From contig CAWAHC010000005.1 in NCBI GenBank assembly GCA_963781765.1, positions 486,929 to 550,928 of the forward strand: a DNA stretch of 64,000 nucleotides. Reading direction: 5' to 3'. The translations under genes and the position numbers were made by a program. The notes beneath the pieces are model-generated. The model was given only the letters and a program-made list of their open reading frames with translations, did no database searches and was not told the DNA's origin. The DNA comes from an uncultured Gemmatimonadaceae bacterium (lineage in GTDB: Bacteria; Gemmatimonadota; Gemmatimonadetes; Gemmatimonadales; Gemmatimonadaceae). Every line of letters begins with the position of its first letter. The first letter of the stretch is position 1. Of the stretch, positions 17,175-25,134 are shown piece by piece.

Positions 17175-18944
17175 GTGTCTCCGTCCACGCTCCCCCAGGC
17201 CCTCGACGCCACGGCAAATGCGTCCCGCGACTTTCCTGCCGTGCGTTGGAAGGAAGACGGTGCTTGGCAGTCGCTCTCGTGGAGTGCGTACCGCCAGCAG
17301 ATCCACCTCGCGGCGCGCGGCCTGATGGCCCTGGGGCTCGAGCCCGGCAAGGGTGTGGCGATCATCGGCTACAACTGTCCCGAGTGGTTGGTGGCCGACC
17401 TCGCGGCGATCCACGCCGGTGGGCTACCCAGTGGCATCTACTCCACCTGCACGGCCGAGCAGTGCCAGTACGTGACCCACCACTGCGAGGCGCAGGTGGC
17501 CGTGGTGGAGAACGAAGAGCAGGTGGCCAAGTATCTCGCCGTGCGCGACGAGTTGCCGCACCTGAAAGCCATCGTGCAGATGCACGGGGAGCCCGCGGCG
17601 CCCGGCGTCCTCTCGTGGGAGCAGCTCCTGCGCCGCGGCCACGACGTGCCGGAGGCCGATCTCGCGGCGCGACTGGCCGCCCAGGCGCCCCACGACGTCG
17701 CCACGCTCATCTACACGTCGGGGACCACCGGCGTGCCCAAAGCCGTGATGCTCACCCACGACAATCTCGTGTGGACGGCGAGCACGGGCATCGCCGCCCT
17801 CGGCCTCCGTCCGGGCGACAACATTCTCAGCTACCTCCCGCTCAGTCACATTGCCGAGCAGATCGTGTCGGTCTTCGGCCCGGTGGCATTTGGCGGATGC
17901 ACGTGGTTCGCGGAGAGCATGGCGAAGCTCGGCGACGACCTGCAGGAGATCAGGCCCGACTTCTTTCTCGGCGTGCCGCGCGTCTGGGAGAAGATCCAGG
18001 AGCGGATGCAGGCGGCGGGTGGCCAGAGTTCGTGGCTGCGGAAGCGCCTCATCGCGTGGGCGCGGCGGGTGGGACTGGCGGCGGGGTATGCCGATCAACA
18101 GGGGCGGCGGCGCCCGCTGTCGTACGGGCTGGCCAATGCACTCGTGTTCCGTGCGGTGCGGCGGCGGTTGGGCCTGGACCGGGCGCGCGTGTTGGTGACG
18201 TCGGCGGCGCCGATCGCGCGGTCGACGCTCGAGTTCTTCCTGTCGCTCGGGCTCCCGATCTGCGAGGTGTACGGAATGAGCGAGTGCACGGGCCCTGGTA
18301 CGATCAGTACGCCCGACCGGTACCGGACGGGCAAGGCGGGATTCATCTTTCCCGGCGCCGAATTGAAGATCGCTGCGGACGGCGAGATCTGCATGCGAGG
18401 CCGGCATGTATTCAGCGGCTACTACAAGGACCCCGACGGTACGGCGGAAGCGCTGGACGCCGACGGGTGGCTGCACTCGGGGGACATCGGGGAGCTGGAC
18501 GCCGATGGATTCCTTCAGATCACCGACCGCAAGAAGGATCTCATCATCACGGCGGGCGGCGAGAACGTCGCGCCGCAACTCGTGGAAGGCTACCTGAAGG
18601 CGATCCCGGTGGTGAGCCAGGCAGTGGTGGTGGGCGACCGACAGCGGTACCTGGGTGTGCTGATCACGTTGGATCCGGTGCAATTGATCGAGGAGGCCCG
18701 GGCGGCGAACAGTCCGGCACGGGATCCGGCGGCGGCCGCCGCCTGCGAGAAATTCCGGGCCCACCTGCAGCGGCACATCGATGCGGTGAACGCGCGCCTC
18801 GCTCGGGTGCAGGCGGTGAAGCGCTTTGAGATCGTCCCCCAGGAGTTCACCGTCGAGGGGGGAGAACTGACGCCGTCGCTCAAGGTGCGCCGTCGCATCG
18901 TGGTGGAGAAGTACGCCGAACACATCGGGCGCCTCTTCTCGTAG
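17175..18944 (+). CDS. long-chain fatty acid-CoA ligase (AMP-dependent synthetase)
   Basis: AMP-binding motif LIYTSGTTGVPKAV, later GDIGELDADGFLQITDRKKDLIITAGGENVAP. Start is uncertain. I chose the GTG at 17175 (GGAG 10 nt upstream) because the alignment-like N-terminus STLPQALDATANASRDFPAVRWK begins there. The ORF stays open upstream through the repeat to 17070. Confidence 0.88.
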   Translation: MSPSTLPQALDATANASRDFPAVRWKEDGAWQSLSWSAYRQQIHLAARGLMALGLEPGKGVAIIGYNCPEWLVADLAAIHAGGLPSGIYSTCTAEQCQYVTHHCEAQVAVVENEEQVAKYLAVRDELPHLKAIVQMHGEPAAPGVLSWEQLLRRGHDVPEADLAARLAAQAPHDVATLIYTSGTTGVPKAVMLTHDNLVWTASTGIAALGLRPGDNILSYLPLSHIAEQIVSVFGPVAFGGCTWFAESMAKLGDDLQEIRPDFFLGVPRVWEKIQERMQAAGGQSSWLRKRLIAWARRVGLAAGYADQQGRRRPLSYGLANALVFRAVRRRLGLDRARVLVTSAAPIARSTLEFFLSLGLPICEVYGMSECTGPGTISTPDRYRTGKAGFIFPGAELKIAADGEICMRGRHVFSGYYKDPDGTAEALDADGWLHSGDIGELDADGFLQITDRKKDLIITAGGENVAPQLVEGYLKAIPVVSQAVVVGDRQRYLGVLITLDPVQLIEEARAANSPARDPAAAAACEKFRAHLQRHIDAVNARLARVQAVKRFEIVPQEFTVEGGELTPSLKVRRRIVVEKYAEHIGRLFS

Positions 18945-19127
18945 CGCGATACCAGTCGGGCGCTCCCTGTGGGGGAACCGCTCACAGCCGGACAGGGGAC
19001 TCCCTGACGGCGAATCGCGGTGGGGGCCGCAACCCTTGAATGCCAGAGTTGGCGCCGGCATGAGCTTCTCATGCCCAGACGCCGCCGGCAATGCGTTGGC
19101 CGCCACCTTCCTCCAATCCAGCGGTCC

Positions 19128-21452
19128 ATGGGTACTCAGCCATTCAGGGAACCGAGCGCGTCCGCTGACGCCGGCGGTCATCCCTCGTCCGATGCCGGTT
19201 CGCTGGCCAGCGTCCTGCACGGGATTCGCGACGCGTTTCTGACCATCGACCGCGAGTGGCAGGTGACCTTCGCCAATGCCGCGGCCTGCGAACTGATCGA
19301 GGCGCGGCAAGACGGGCTGGTGGGCCGATCGTTCTGGGATGCGTTCCCGGTGGCGTCGACCCCGGAGTACGCGGCCCGGTTCCGCCGGGCGATGGACGCG
19401 CGCGTGCCGGTGCATTTCGAGGCGCATTCGGAGGCAACGGACCGCTGGTTCTCGAAGCGCGTCTTCCCGGTGAGCGAAGGCATCGCCGTGATCATCGAGG
19501 ATGTCTCCGAGCGGCATCACGCCGACAGCGAGTTGCTGGTGGCGACGAAGGCGCTGCAGCGGAACGAGGCGCTCTTCCGGTCGATCACCGAGCACTCGGC
19601 GGAATTCATCACCATCGTCGCCGACGACGGCAGGGTGCTGTACGCAAGTCAATCGGGCGCCAGACTCCTCGGCATGGGACCGGAGGAACTGGTGGGGCGC
19701 CATGCGGCGGAGTTCGTACATCCCGACGATGCGCCGACGATGCTCGAGACATACCGGACGCTCCGGTCGGCGCCCGATGTCGCGGCGTCGATGCGCGTCC
19801 GGTTGCGGCACCGCGATGGCTCGTGGCGTCTGATCGAGGGGACCGGCCGCAACCGGATCGACGATCCGGCCGTGCGGGGCATCGTGAGCACCGCTCGTGA
19901 CATCACGGCGCAGGCGGCGGCGGAAGCCGAACTGCGCATGCGGGCCCACCTGCTCGATGCGGTGGAGCAGGCGGTGGTTGCGACGGATCTCGACGGGACG
20001 ATCACGTACTGGAATCGCTCGGCGCAGACGCTGTACGGGTGGCCCACGGACACGGTCCTCGGCCACCCGGCCGCGGAAGCGATTCCGGTGCTTGCGGCCC
20101 GGTTGGGCGACCCGGCGACGCTGGAGAGTTTGCGTTCGGGCATGAGTTGGAGCGGCGACTTCGATGCTCGCCGGCGCGACGGCTCGACGTTTCCGGCCCA
20201 CGTGGACTGCTCGCCGATCGCCGGACCCGACGGCACGATGCAGGGGGTGGTCAGTGTCTCGTCGGACCTCACCGAGCGCCGCATGCTCGAAGAGCAACTC
20301 CGGGTGACGCAGAAGCTCGAGGCCGTCGGGAGCCTGGCGGGTGGCATCGCGCACGACTTCAACAACATCCTCACGGCCATCAGCAGCTACTCGGAAATGC
20401 TGCTCGGTGACCTGATTCCCGGCGATCCCGCGCGCCACGACGTAGGAGAGATCCACCAGGCGGCGCAGCGCGCGGCGTCGCTGACCCGACAGTTGCTGGC
20501 CTTCAGCCGCCACCAGGTGTTGCAGCCTCGGCGCATGCGGCTGGACGAAACCGTACAGGGCATGGAAGGTCTCCTCCGCCGGCTCGTCGGCGAGGACATC
20601 GTGCTCTCGGTCGAAGCCGGGCACGCGCCAATGCGCGTGCTGGCCGATCCCGGACAGATCGAGCAGGTGCTCATGAACCTCGTGGTCAATGCCCGCGATG
20701 CCATGGCGCATGGCGGTGCACTATTCGTCGGTCTGCGATCGGTCGTCGTGGACGATGGGTACGCGCCGGCGCGGGGCATGGGAGTCGACCCAGGATCCTA
20801 TGTGGTGCTCACCGTTCGCGATACCGGTCACGGCATGTCGCCCGCCGTGCGCGAGCGGGCGTTCGAACCGTTCTTCACCACCAAATCCACGGGCAAGGGC
20901 ACGGGGCTCGGACTGGCGACCGTGTACGGCATCGTGCGCCAGTCGCAGGGGTTCATCACGCTCGAAACGGTGGAGGGGCGGGGCACGACGTTCGAGGTCT
21001 ACCTGCCGGAGCTTGAGGAGAAGGCGGAGTGTCCGGGTGAAGCACAGGCCGCCGCCGACGCGGCGAAGCGGTGCGGCACGATCCTGGTGGTGGAGGACGA
21101 GGCGGGCGTGCGCGCCGTCGCGCGCCGGGTGCTGGAGCGTGAGGGCCATACCGTCGTGTTGGCCGACTCCGGCGAGGCCGGCCTCGAGATCCTCGAGCGC
21201 CGGGGGAAGGACTTCGATCTGGTGCTCACCGATCTCGTGATGCCCCGGATGGGCGGGCGCGAGATGGTGGACCGGATGCGCGCCATGGGACTCTCGCCGG
21301 CCGTGCTGTTCATGTCGGGATACACCGAGGACGAGATTGCCCGGCGCGAAGTCGGCAACGGCTCCGGTTGGCTCGAGAAGCCGTTCACGATCCACGGCTT
21401 GCGCTCGCGCATTCAGGTCGTGCTGGGGGCCGTCCTCGCCGCCCGAGCCTGA
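19128..21452 (+). CDS. PAS-domain hybrid sensor histidine kinase / response regulator
   Basis: There are three PAS-like segments. The H-box is IAHDFNNILTAI. HATPase blocks are NLVVNARDAM, DTGHGM and GTGLGLATVYGIV. The C-terminal receiver reads ILVVEDE...LVLTDLVMPRMGG. Start is uncertain between 19020 and 19128. Confidence 0.9.
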   Translation: MGTQPFREPSASADAGGHPSSDAGSLASVLHGIRDAFLTIDREWQVTFANAAACELIEARQDGLVGRSFWDAFPVASTPEYAARFRRAMDARVPVHFEAHSEATDRWFSKRVFPVSEGIAVIIEDVSERHHADSELLVATKALQRNEALFRSITEHSAEFITIVADDGRVLYASQSGARLLGMGPEELVGRHAAEFVHPDDAPTMLETYRTLRSAPDVAASMRVRLRHRDGSWRLIEGTGRNRIDDPAVRGIVSTARDITAQAAAEAELRMRAHLLDAVEQAVVATDLDGTITYWNRSAQTLYGWPTDTVLGHPAAEAIPVLAARLGDPATLESLRSGMSWSGDFDARRRDGSTFPAHVDCSPIAGPDGTMQGVVSVSSDLTERRMLEEQLRVTQKLEAVGSLAGGIAHDFNNILTAISSYSEMLLGDLIPGDPARHDVGEIHQAAQRAASLTRQLLAFSRHQVLQPRRMRLDETVQGMEGLLRRLVGEDIVLSVEAGHAPMRVLADPGQIEQVLMNLVVNARDAMAHGGALFVGLRSVVVDDGYAPARGMGVDPGSYVVLTVRDTGHGMSPAVRERAFEPFFTTKSTGKGTGLGLATVYGIVRQSQGFITLETVEGRGTTFEVYLPELEEKAECPGEAQAAADAAKRCGTILVVEDEAGVRAVARRVLEREGHTVVLADSGEAGLEILERRGKDFDLVLTDLVMPRMGGREMVDRMRAMGLSPAVLFMSGYTEDEIARREVGNGSGWLEKPFTIHGLRSRIQVVLGAVLAARA

Positions 21453-21464
21453 CGCGAACGACGC

Positions 21465-22631
21465 CTACCGCAGCATCTGCTTGGCGATCGTCTGCAACTG
21501 CATGTTGGACGTGCCCTCGTAAATCGCGCCGATCTTGGCATCGCGGTAGAACTTCTCGGCGGGGAAATCCTTGGTGTAGCCGTAGCCGCCGAACAGTTCC
21601 AGCGAGATGGAGGTCACGCGCTCGCACACCTGGGACGCATAGAGCTTGGCCATCGCGCCTTCCATGGCGATGTCGTGGCCGGCGTCCTTGAGTCGGGCGG
21701 CGTTGTACACCATGAGGCGCGCGGCCTCCACTTCCGTGCGCGCCTGGGCCAGTTGGAACTGGATGCCCTGGAACTCCGAGAGCGCCTTGCCGAACTGGTG
21801 GCGTTCCTTCACGTAGTCGGTGGCCGCCTTCAGCGCACCCTGTGCCACGCCGATCATCTGCGCGCCGATGCCGATGCGTCCCTCGTTGAGCGTTTCGATC
21901 GCCACCTTGTAGCCCTGACCGACCGGACCCAGCACGTTCTTCGCGGGCACCTCAACCCCCTCGAGAATCAGCTCGGTGGTACTCGAAGCGCGGATGCCCA
22001 TCTTGTCTTCCTTCTTCCCCACGCTGAAGCCCGGGAATCCGCGTTCGACGAGGAACGCCGTGATGCCCTTGTAGCCGGCACTCGGATTCACGTTGGCGAA
22101 GATCACGTAGAGCTCGGCCTCCGCGCCGTTGGTGATCCACATCTTGCGGCCCGTGAGGATCCACGTGTCGCCCTTCTGCTCGGCGCGCGTGGCCAGGCCG
22201 AAAGCATCGGAGCCCGAGCCGGGCTCGGATAGCGCGTACGCCCCGATGGTGCCGCTGGTCAGCCGGGGCAGGTAGGTGGACTTGATGTAGTCACTGCCGT
22301 AGGTGCGGATCGGGTAGTTGACCAGGGTGTTGAGGACGTCCACCTGGATGGCCGCCGACGCGTCGACTTTGCTCAACTCCTCGACGGCCAGGGTGACCAT
22401 CATCAGGCTGCCCCCGGCCCCGCCGTACTCCTCGGCGACCTCGATCCCCATGAGTCCCATCTCGGCGAACGCCCGGGTCAGCTCGGGGTCGATCTTGCCG
22501 GCGCGTTCCATGTCCTGGACGCGGGGGCGTACCATTTCTTCGGCCAGGCCCGCGACGGCGTCGCGGAACATGACTTCGTCATCGGAGAGAATCGTCAGCG
22601 GGGGCCGGGCGGAGGCGAGATCGAGAGGCAT
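21465..22631 (-). CDS. acyl-CoA dehydrogenase (short/branched-chain type)
   Basis: Track ORF 21465..22718 trimmed to MPLDLASARPPLTIL. Family blocks are ALSEPGSGSDA, WITNG and DAKIGAIYEGTSNMQLQTIAK. Confidence 0.92.
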   Translation of the reverse strand: MPLDLASARPPLTILSDDEVMFRDAVAGLAEEMVRPRVQDMERAGKIDPELTRAFAEMGLMGIEVAEEYGGAGGSLMMVTLAVEELSKVDASAAIQVDVLNTLVNYPIRTYGSDYIKSTYLPRLTSGTIGAYALSEPGSGSDAFGLATRAEQKGDTWILTGRKMWITNGAEAELYVIFANVNPSAGYKGITAFLVERGFPGFSVGKKEDKMGIRASSTTELILEGVEVPAKNVLGPVGQGYKVAIETLNEGRIGIGAQMIGVAQGALKAATDYVKERHQFGKALSEFQGIQFQLAQARTEVEAARLMVYNAARLKDAGHDIAMEGAMAKLYASQVCERVTSISLELFGGYGYTKDFPAEKFYRDAKIGAIYEGTSNMQLQTIAKQMLR

Positions 22632-22720
22632 GGCAACGATTGGGATAGGGGTCCGCCGGAATATATGCGAGGCGCGGCGCCCAGGGGGCGGAGGCAGCAG
22701 TCGCCGGCCTGCAGTCACTG

Positions 22721-22741
22721 CCGACTCTCGACTGCCGACTG
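22721..22741. repeat. degenerate 3-copy version of the same heptamer (CCGACTC TCGACTG CCGACTG)
   Basis: Read directly from the sequence, in the same plus-strand orientation as the array at 17080. It lies 90-110 nt upstream of the acyl-CoA dehydrogenase start. Confidence 0.8.
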
Positions 22742-22751
22742 AAGACGGCCG

Positions 22752-23042
22752 TTAAAACATCGACCTCGCGTTCACGCACAGTGCCAGCAGTTGGTCGTCG
22801 GTCATCGCGGCCCAATTCGCCGGCGCGGGCCAGACACGCCGCCGGTCAACGCGCGACGAGAAGATCAGCCCCGGATTCTCGGCCTGCGGAAGCGCGTCCC
22901 AGTCGAGCGCCATGCGGAAATCCCACTGACTCTCGTCATAGACCTCCCATTCCACGCGGTCGCCGTCCACGACGAGGCGCGCCCCGGCGTCGCCGAGTCC
23001 ACTCGACGGGCGCTGTTCCGGATTGGTCGGTTGAAGGTCCAT
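22752..23042 (-). CDS. hypothetical protein (96 aa, acidic, Trp-rich)
   Basis: Intact ORF with coding-like codon bias, and no family is recognised. It sits directly upstream of the acyl-CoA dehydrogenase on the same strand. Confidence 0.5.
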   Translation of the reverse strand: MDLQPTNPEQRPSSGLGDAGARLVVDGDRVEWEVYDESQWDFRMALDWDALPQAENPGLIFSSRVDRRRVWPAPANWAAMTDDQLLALCVNARSMF

Positions 23043-23265
23043 GGTATCGTGATCGACGGCAACGTCGCCGGTCGGGCCGGAGTGGGTCTGATGACGACGT
23101 TCTGCTGGCTACCCCAAGACTCAAACGCGCGTCACGATGGGACGTGCGATCCGATTCACAAGTATTGGAACCCCAACGAGACTCGTGCAACCCCGACGCG
23201 TCTCGCCAGCGGCGTGACGTCGGGACCTTCCGCAGGGCTCGTCGGTTCCAGATCCACGTTGCCCA

Positions 23266-25134
23266 TCACCCGTTGAGGACTTCCATCGCCAGTTCCACCT
23301 TCCCGAACGGGGCCGAGACCTGGGCGCCCTGAACCACCGGCCGGACGCGGTCCAGCATCTCCCGCGCGATCGCGATGCCCTCGGCGACGGCGTGGTCGCG
23401 CGATCGCTCGTTGGCCTTTCGCATTCTGGTGATGATGGCCGCGGGCACGGTGACGCCGGGTACCTCGTTGGCCAGGAACTCGGCATTGCGCACCGAGACC
23501 AGCGGCCAGATGCCCGCGATCACCGGGATGCGCACGTGCGCGATGCGCTGCAGGAACCGTTCCAACTGCTCGACGTCGAACACGGGTTGGGTGATCGCAA
23601 ATTCGGCGCCGGCGCCCACCTTCCATTCGAACCGCTTGATCTCATGCTCGAGGTCCATGGCCGCCGGATTCACGCCGACCCCGATCACGAACTGGGTGGG
23701 CTGGCCGATCTGATTGCCGCCGGGATCGAGGCCACGATTCAGGTTGCGCACGAGGTTGGCGAGTCCGATGGAATCGATGTCGAACACCGCCGTGGCGTCG
23801 GGATAGGGGCCCATCTTGGGTGGGTCGCCGGTGACGAGCAGCAGGTTGCGCAGGCCGATGGCCGCGGCGCCGAGCAGATCGGAGAGCATGCCCAACAGAT
23901 TGCGGTCGCGGCAGGCGTAGTGCGTCACCGTTTCTATGCCGACCTGTTGCTGGATCAGCACGCTGGTCAGCAGCGCACCCATGCGGCTCTGGGCGCGGGG
24001 GCCGTCGGGGACGTTGACGGCGTCGATGCCGGCGTCCTTGAGGCGCCGGACGTCGGCGAGCATTCGGGTGGCGTCGACGCCGCGTGGCGGGACGATCTCC
24101 ACCGACGTGGCGAACTCTCCGGCGGCGAGGCGGGCGCCCCAGCGCGAGCGCTCGGCCAGCGGGACGACGTCCGGAAGGGGGGCCGTCTCGCGCATCGTGG
24201 CGGCGGCCTGCACCTCGGAGCGCGTCCGCGCCTCGGCCAGTCGGGGGGCCAGCGGGCGGACGCCTTCGGCAATTGCGCGGATGTGCGTGGGCGTGGTGCC
24301 GCAGCACCCGCCGACGATCTTCGCGCCCGCCTGGACGAGGTGGCGCGCGTAGGTGGCCATGTACTCGGGGCTGGCCATGTACATGCTGCGGCCTTCGACC
24401 TGGCGCGGCATGCCTGCATTGGGCTGGGCGCTGAGCTTGCGCTGCGTGATCGGCGCCATGCGTTCGATGGCTTCGAGAATCGTCTGCGGACCCACCGAAC
24501 AGTTGAGCCCGACGACGTCGGCGCCCCAGGCGTCCAGTGACCGCGCGATGTCTTCGGGTGTGGCGCCGAACGGGGTGAGGCCGTCCACTCCGATCGTCAT
24601 CTGTGCGATGACGGGGATGGTGGCATCCACCTCGCGGGCCGCGCGGATCGCCTGCTCGATCTCGTGGAGGTCGGCGAAGGTTTCGAGGATGAACAGTTCG
24701 GCGCCGCCGTCGAGCAGGCCGGCCATCTGCTCGCGAAAATAGCCGCGCGCTTCGTCGAGGCTGGTGGGTCCGAAGGGTTCGAGCCGCACGCCGAGCGGTC
24801 CCACGGCGCCGGCCACCAGCACGTCCCGATCGCCGGCCACGTCGCGCGCGATGCGAGCCGCGGCCCGGTTCAGTTCGTGCACCTGCGCCTCCAGCCCGTG
24901 CTGGGCCAGCTTCAGCCGGTTGGCGCCGAAGCTGTTGGTTTCCAGTACGTCCGCGCCGGCCCGCACGTACTCGTCGTGCACGGCCCGCACCAGCTCCGGC
25001 GCGCGCACGTTGAGTTCGTCGTAGCACTGATTGATGAAGACGCCGCGCGAATAGAGCATAGTGCCCATCGCACCATCGAAGACGATGATCCGCGCGGGGT
25101 CGAGGAATCGAGGCAGCGAGTTCGGCGTGCTCAT
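23266..25134 (-). CDS. bifunctional homocysteine S-methyltransferase-domain / 5,10-methylenetetrahydrofolate reductase (YitJ-like)
   Basis: Track ORF trimmed to MSTPNSLPRF; the ATG at 25134 overlaps the metH stop (ATGA). The N-terminal Hcy-binding domain shows VFDGAMGTMLY, GLNCSVGP and GGCCGTTP. The C-terminal MTHFR domain shows VEIVPPRG, THYACRD, LLLVTGDPP and FAITQPVFD. Confidence 0.9.
   Translation of the reverse strand: MSTPNSLPRFLDPARIIVFDGAMGTMLYSRGVFINQCYDELNVRAPELVRAVHDEYVRAGADVLETNSFGANRLKLAQHGLEAQVHELNRAAARIARDVAGDRDVLVAGAVGPLGVRLEPFGPTSLDEARGYFREQMAGLLDGGAELFILETFADLHEIEQAIRAAREVDATIPVIAQMTIGVDGLTPFGATPEDIARSLDAWGADVVGLNCSVGPQTILEAIERMAPITQRKLSAQPNAGMPRQVEGRSMYMASPEYMATYARHLVQAGAKIVGGCCGTTPTHIRAIAEGVRPLAPRLAEARTRSEVQAAATMRETAPLPDVVPLAERSRWGARLAAGEFATSVEIVPPRGVDATRMLADVRRLKDAGIDAVNVPDGPRAQSRMGALLTSVLIQQQVGIETVTHYACRDRNLLGMLSDLLGAAAIGLRNLLLVTGDPPKMGPYPDATAVFDIDSIGLANLVRNLNRGLDPGGNQIGQPTQFVIGVGVNPAAMDLEHEIKRFEWKVGAGAEFAITQPVFDVEQLERFLQRIAHVRIPVIAGIWPLVSVRNAEFLANEVPGVTVPAAIITRMRKANERSRDHAVAEGIAIAREMLDRVRPVVQGAQVSAPFGKVELAMEVLNG

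Noticed and set aside
17424-20711. 1095-aa minus-strand ORF spanning the acyl-CoA synthetase and histidine kinase genes
   Set aside because: It is antisense to two plus-strand genes that carry unmistakable family motifs, and it runs straight through their intergenic gap. Its composition is dominated by Arg/His/Pro/Ala/Gly with no recognisable motif. Stop-free antisense frames like this are an expected artefact of high GC content.
23043-23265. Possible small RNA or tRNA in the 223-nt gap upstream of the 96-aa ORF (contains GGTTCCAGATCC)
   Set aside because: There is no cloverleaf pairing around the T-loop-like string and no terminator-like hairpin. I treated it as a promoter or leader region.
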